Shown here: piece by piece, positions 60,076 through 64,000 of the stretch
Layout: every line of letters starts with the position of its first letter
How positions within the stretch are numbered: the stretch's first letter is position 1
Source of the DNA: Orbicella franksi
Taxonomy: Eukaryota
Assembly: GCA_964199315.1 (NCBI GenBank)
Contig: OZ116709.1
Span: 1,550,001 to 1,614,000 of the forward strand
DNA length: 64,000 bases
Reading direction: 5' to 3'
The notes under the pieces: model-generated
Database searches by the model: none
Told to the model about the DNA's origin: nothing
What the model saw: only the letters and a program-made list of their open reading frames with translations
Made by a program: the position numbers and the translations under genes

Positions 60076-62742
60076 TCATTCCATATAGTCCGGACACTCT
60101 TTTGCGAGAATTCTTTTTATGCTTTCAAAATGAGCATTGTAAAACTTTTCTCTTTCGCCAGGGCCGTCTAGCTGTTGGTGTGATAGCCTGGCAAGGTCGT
60201 CTGGTAATTCAAACAGTTCTTTTCCCGTCGACATGGCGAGAACCTGTGAAAAGGTGGAAACTAAGTTCAGTCCCACTGCATCGAACTGTATGTTAACAAT
60301 TGGGTTACACTCATTTATACCTTGAATACAAGCAAAGGAAACTTCAAAAAAGAAAATTCAGAGATGTCTTAAGCCTGGCACGATGCCTCCACGGCAGTAT
60401 AGTCGGCATCTCCCCGTCAGGGAAGAGTTAGAAAATATATAAATTTAGATTTCGATGAAGTTGAAATTGTGCATCTTGCCACAAATCCATAAGGGATTGT
60501 TCAACTCCGGGGTTCAACCCCTCTCGATTTTCTCACTTTGCTGATATTTTGCAGTATCTTACTCGTCCATCCCCAACCCTGGTACGTTTCATGAACAATG
60601 CCTAACATCAGTTTAATTTCGATAACAAGCCCCAATGTAGCCCCTCTTGAATAGAAGTCCACAAGTGTCTTACCTGTGTCATGCTAGCACGCTCTAAGTA
60701 ATACACATCATCAAATGCTCTAGCAGCATTGGGTGCTACCACCAGTATCCCATGATTACACATGAACAACACTGACTTGTCTCCAAGTTGCTTTGCTATG
60801 CGCATGCCTTCTTCATCATCTGTGCTGAGCCCGCTGTAATCTCGGTCGTAGGCGATGCGGTTATAAAATAGACAAGAGTTCTGGTGGTACATTCCAAGTT
60901 TGGGATTTTTCAAGCTTCCTGAAATTAAAGAAACGTTTCTAAACCAGATTGAGAATGCACATAGAAAGGCTGCTAACATGGAGCAAACACCTGTTTTCTT
61001 TAACAGGTGCTACCTGGAGTACATAGTGAATCATGAATAGTGAAGGACCCAGTGGCCTCATGACTGGTAAAGGACGCGGTGGCTTCATGGTTAGTGCGCT
61101 CGACTCCAGATCAAGCGGTCCGGGTTCGAGCCCTGACCGGGGACATTGTGTTGTGTTCTTGGGCAAGACACTTTACTCTCACAGTGCCTTTCTTCACCCA
61201 GTTGTATAAATGGGTACCGGCGAGCTTAATACTGGGGGTAACCCTGCGATAGACTAGCATCCCATCCAGGGGGAGAAGAAATACTCCTAGTCATTTCATG
61301 CTACAGAAACCCGCGGGATAAGCTCAGGCCTGATGGGCCACTTGGCTCGTTTGCAGACTTGACCTTTATACAATATCAACGATGCTTTTGTTTACTACTC
61401 TTCAGCCCTGCCAATTTATCTTCGTTCAGACTGCAATCCAATATTTAGATTATGCACGACAAAACCTTTATTTCCTCAAAAATTCTCTCTTTAACCCCTC
61501 GGAAATCGATTTAATTCCAACAAACTCTGAAGAAAGTTTCCAACAGTTTCCAACTAAGAGAGAGTCTTCAGCGGACACTCGCAGAGAGAGGGGAAAAAAG
61601 GGCTACAAACAGGAGCCATAATCAGGGACGGAGACTGTAAGCGCGCGCCATTTCAAGTATTGGGGTTGTCCCCATGATATGGGACAATAATTCTATTTTT
61701 AGAACAAATTGCGCCATCACCTGCGGCACACGCGCGTACATGCTGCGAGGATTTTTGCGGATGTCGCGCGGGGGCCGAAATTCCCGAAATGTTTCACATG
61801 ATGTTTTTGCCCCACAACTCAACGCGTTTACGTCTGTTGGAATTTTGCTTAAGTATTTTCGTCGTAAGCTGCTCCAGTTTGAGTGAAGTAAGACAGTGTC
61901 GAATTTAGGTATGTTCCGCTGTAAGCTTATATATATCGCTGACCAAGTTGTGTTCCGACTGATGCTTCTTTTACATGAGCTGTACATTACTCCACTTTAA
62001 ATTTCACATATGTTGAAGATTAACAGCTTTTCCATTACACAGCAAAAAACTAGCTGGATATATTTAGATATAGCAGAGCTTCAGCGGACACTCGCAGAGA
62101 GAGGGGAAAAAAGGGCTACAAACAGGAGCCATAATCGGTTATGGCTCCTGCTACAAATTAACAAAATTCCAGCAGTACCTATGGCTGTAGAATATGGCGG
62201 GTGCAGGTGAAACGCACACACCGCGTCTGGTCGAGCTTGATGAACTCCCGTGTGAATAGTAGAGGCAGATGTTTCCACTTCACCTTTCCCTTCAACCATT
62301 TCACGCTTCTCGTTCAGGCCAACAAATGATGACGCTTTAACCTGAAACGACAGTCGGAAATATACGGTAGAGCAACATAAATAACGAAAATTACTATTGC
62401 TTGGGTGTCGGAATAATGTTGAAAATTTCTTGTACCTCACTCCAGTGCAATCCATAGGGCACGAGGAGCATCACTTGCCCTTCGCCACTAGCCGCTGGAG
62501 CCATCATACTCAAATGATTGCATACTCCTTCATGTAGACTGAGTCTTTCAAAGATACGATAGGAGGCTGCTAAATCAACTCGCCGCCGCCAATTTTCCAG
62601 CCTCGCCTCCTCCTTAGCTGGAAGCACTTTTGAAGCAGTGCTGCTGTGCCGGTATGGCGGGATAACCCGACTTGACACGCTGATAAAATTTGTCCTGACT
62701 TGATTCAGAAGGTTTAGAAAGGAAACGTATCCCCGCAGCCAT
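60076..62742 (-). CDS. Class II aldolase/adducin-head domain protein with a probable mitochondrial presequence; 1-nt frameshift near the start
   Basis: Exons (62742)-62436, 62341-62179, 60918-60674 and 60243-60076 are GT-AG and in phase. Motifs include RVDLAASYR, HEGVCNHLS, VHQARPDAVCAFHLHPPYSTA and LFMCNHGILVV...AFDDVYYLERA, which carry the Zn-binding HxH and NHG. The only nearby ATG (62742) is one base out of frame. Confidence 0.87.
61072..61369 (+). mobile_element. tRNA-derived CORE-like SINE in aldolase intron 2
   Basis: A box TGGCTTCATGG, B box GGTTCGAGCC, a CTCCAGA anticodon-like loop and a CORE-like body. It is the same family as 20436-20737. Confidence 0.87.
61566..62136. repeat. Perfect 58-bp direct repeat flanking a 455-bp insert
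   Basis: CTTCAGCGGACACTCGCAGAGAGAGGGGAAAAAAGGGCTACAAACAGGAGCCATAATC is identical at 61566-61623 and 62079-62136. Confidence 0.95.
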
Positions 62743-62808
62743 AATCTTTGTTCAGCTGCTTAACCTAACAAGACAGAGAACCATAAGATAGTATCAGATA
62801 GGCTTATT

Positions 62809-62816
62809 CATATATA
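62809..62816 (-). promoter_or_regulatory. Candidate TATA box of the class II aldolase gene
   Basis: TATATATG on the minus strand about 67 nt upstream of ATG 62742, preceded by GCCACGCCC and CACGTG motifs. Confidence 0.45.
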
Positions 62817-63035
62817 GGTGACAAGGGCGTGGCCCACGTGGAATGATCACATATTCAGAAAAAGTCTACCAAGCACAAGGCTTGGTAGCACTTATTTTTC
62901 ACCTCAGTGAGGTTTTCTGAAAAGAAAAATCATTAACTTTCCGGGGAACAACTTTTCTTTAATTCTATTAAAATACAAACAATCCCAATCTCCGGTGGGA
63001 TTTTCACGTGACTAAGCGATTTTTCTTTTGGATAA

Positions 63036-64000
63036 GGGACCGTTCATTTTTTATAAGGTAGGGGGGGCTGGTGGGATTTGGGGGGGGGCATGCGAAAAAA
63101 AATGGCTTTCGAGGGGGGGCCATCCCAAAAAAATAAGGGAAAAGGGGGGGTCATGTGAAATATTTTAGTAAAACTTTAAAATGGCATAATGTTTGAATAT
63201 CAAAAAAATTGCTATAGAATAAACATAGAAGGCAGGATACAAATTTATTACAAACTCTCCTTCTGCTTTAAAACAACGTTTGGCGACAAAAAGCATTTGT
63301 AGCTACTGAAAAGAAGTATTTAACACTTATTTTCGAATACAACTTTCACTGGCACTCATCTTCATCTTCGCTGTCGTCGAGTTCTTCGTTGCCTCTTGTG
63401 CTGCTATGGGAGTCTCTTTCACCAATGCTGCAAGAAGCAGCAATGCTTTCCGTCAGAGTGTACTCTTCAGGGTACATGAAGGTGTAAACATAATCTCTGA
63501 CTTCCTGCTCAAGGTTTGTGGTGATTCTGCTTCTTGCAGCATTGGTGAAATAATTCCCTTCCAAGAGCTGTGCGATGTATGGCCCATCTCTTCTAAATAA
63601 CGACGTGGCAACATCCACAACTTTAATACACTCTTCCGGGACGGCCGTTCTAGGAGGGTACACAAGGCATTTTGGAAAATCATTTCCTAGCAGGTTTCCA
63701 ACACAGATTCCATAAACTCGTTGGACGTTGTTTTCAGTCCGCTTTCTCTTTCTTTCATTTGACTTTCTGCGGTTTTCTTTTTTCCTTCTCCTTTTGTTGA
63801 TGTGCTGTTTGAGTATGCCCTTGAATATGCTGTTATAATTGCTCTTCTTATTTTCTAGTGCTTCCATGTCCTGCGTGACCTTCGTCAACTTAGCTTCTAT
63901 ACATTTGATCTGTTTTACATTAAAACTGTGGGCAAATTCTTCGTCCTGCTTCAAAGCAAGCCAATTGGACTGAAAGAGTGTGGAATCGTCTTCCTTTACA
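63036..64000. mobile_element. One end of a TAA-flanked GGGAC-terminal TIR element that continues beyond the window
   Basis: TAA|GGGACCGTTCATTTTTTAT followed by G-rich tracts, the same end architecture as the elements at 5331 and 10536. The other TIR is not in the window. Confidence 0.6.
63346..64000 (-). CDS. C-terminal ~218 aa of an unidentified protein (coiled coil, basic NLS-like run, acidic tail), probably transposon-encoded
   Basis: The frame is open from the window edge (VKEDDSTLFQSNWLALKQDEEF...) to TGA at 63346. It contains KRRRKKENRRKSNERKRKR and ends EELDDSEDEDECQ. The listed start at 63954 is TTG, not ATG. Confidence 0.65.
   Translation of the reverse strand, partial: VKEDDSTLFQSNWLALKQDEEFAHSFNVKQIKCIEAKLTKVTQDMEALENKKSNYNSIFKGILKQHINKRRRKKENRRKSNERKRKRTENNVQRVYGICVGNLLGNDFPKCLVYPPRTAVPEECIKVVDVATSLFRRDGPYIAQLLEGNYFTNAARSRITTNLEQEVRDYVYTFMYPEEYTLTESIAASCSIGERDSHSSTRGNEELDDSEDEDECQ

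Noticed and set aside
61072-61140. tRNA-Trp-like gene (A box, B box, CCA loop); the same pattern occurs at 20670-20737
   Set aside because: There is no closing acceptor stem, and it runs straight into a repeated SINE body, so it is a SINE head.

Overview
AT-rich, intron-containing animal genomic DNA. The gene set and repeat families suggest an anthozoan cnidarian, probably a stony coral; this is inference, not a database result. I assembled eight host genes by hand with phase-consistent splice sites. They are the 3' part of NUP88 (+), MRPL50 (-, one GC-AG intron), PISD (+), a 14-exon gene fusing an MRPL44-like RNase III/dsRBD protein to a LIN7-like PDZ domain (-), a non-canonical PI-synthase-like CDP-alcohol phosphotransferase (+, head-to-head with the fusion gene), an intronless ApaH/PrpE-like metallophosphoesterase (+), a Dispatched homolog (-, start codon not located) and a class II aldolase/adducin-head protein (-, apparent 1-nt frameshift just after its ATG). 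Between and inside these genes are a decayed RTE-type LINE, tRNA-headed CORE-like SINEs, several MITEs (TA, TTA and 9-bp TSD types) and a ~243-bp tandem array. There are also three GGGAC-terminal, TAA-flanked TIR elements, each carrying a different coding fragment (TTF zinc finger, SAP domain, and an open ORF running off the window end). The most striking observation is the mL44-PDZ fusion. No CRISPR, rRNA or true tRNA genes were seen.
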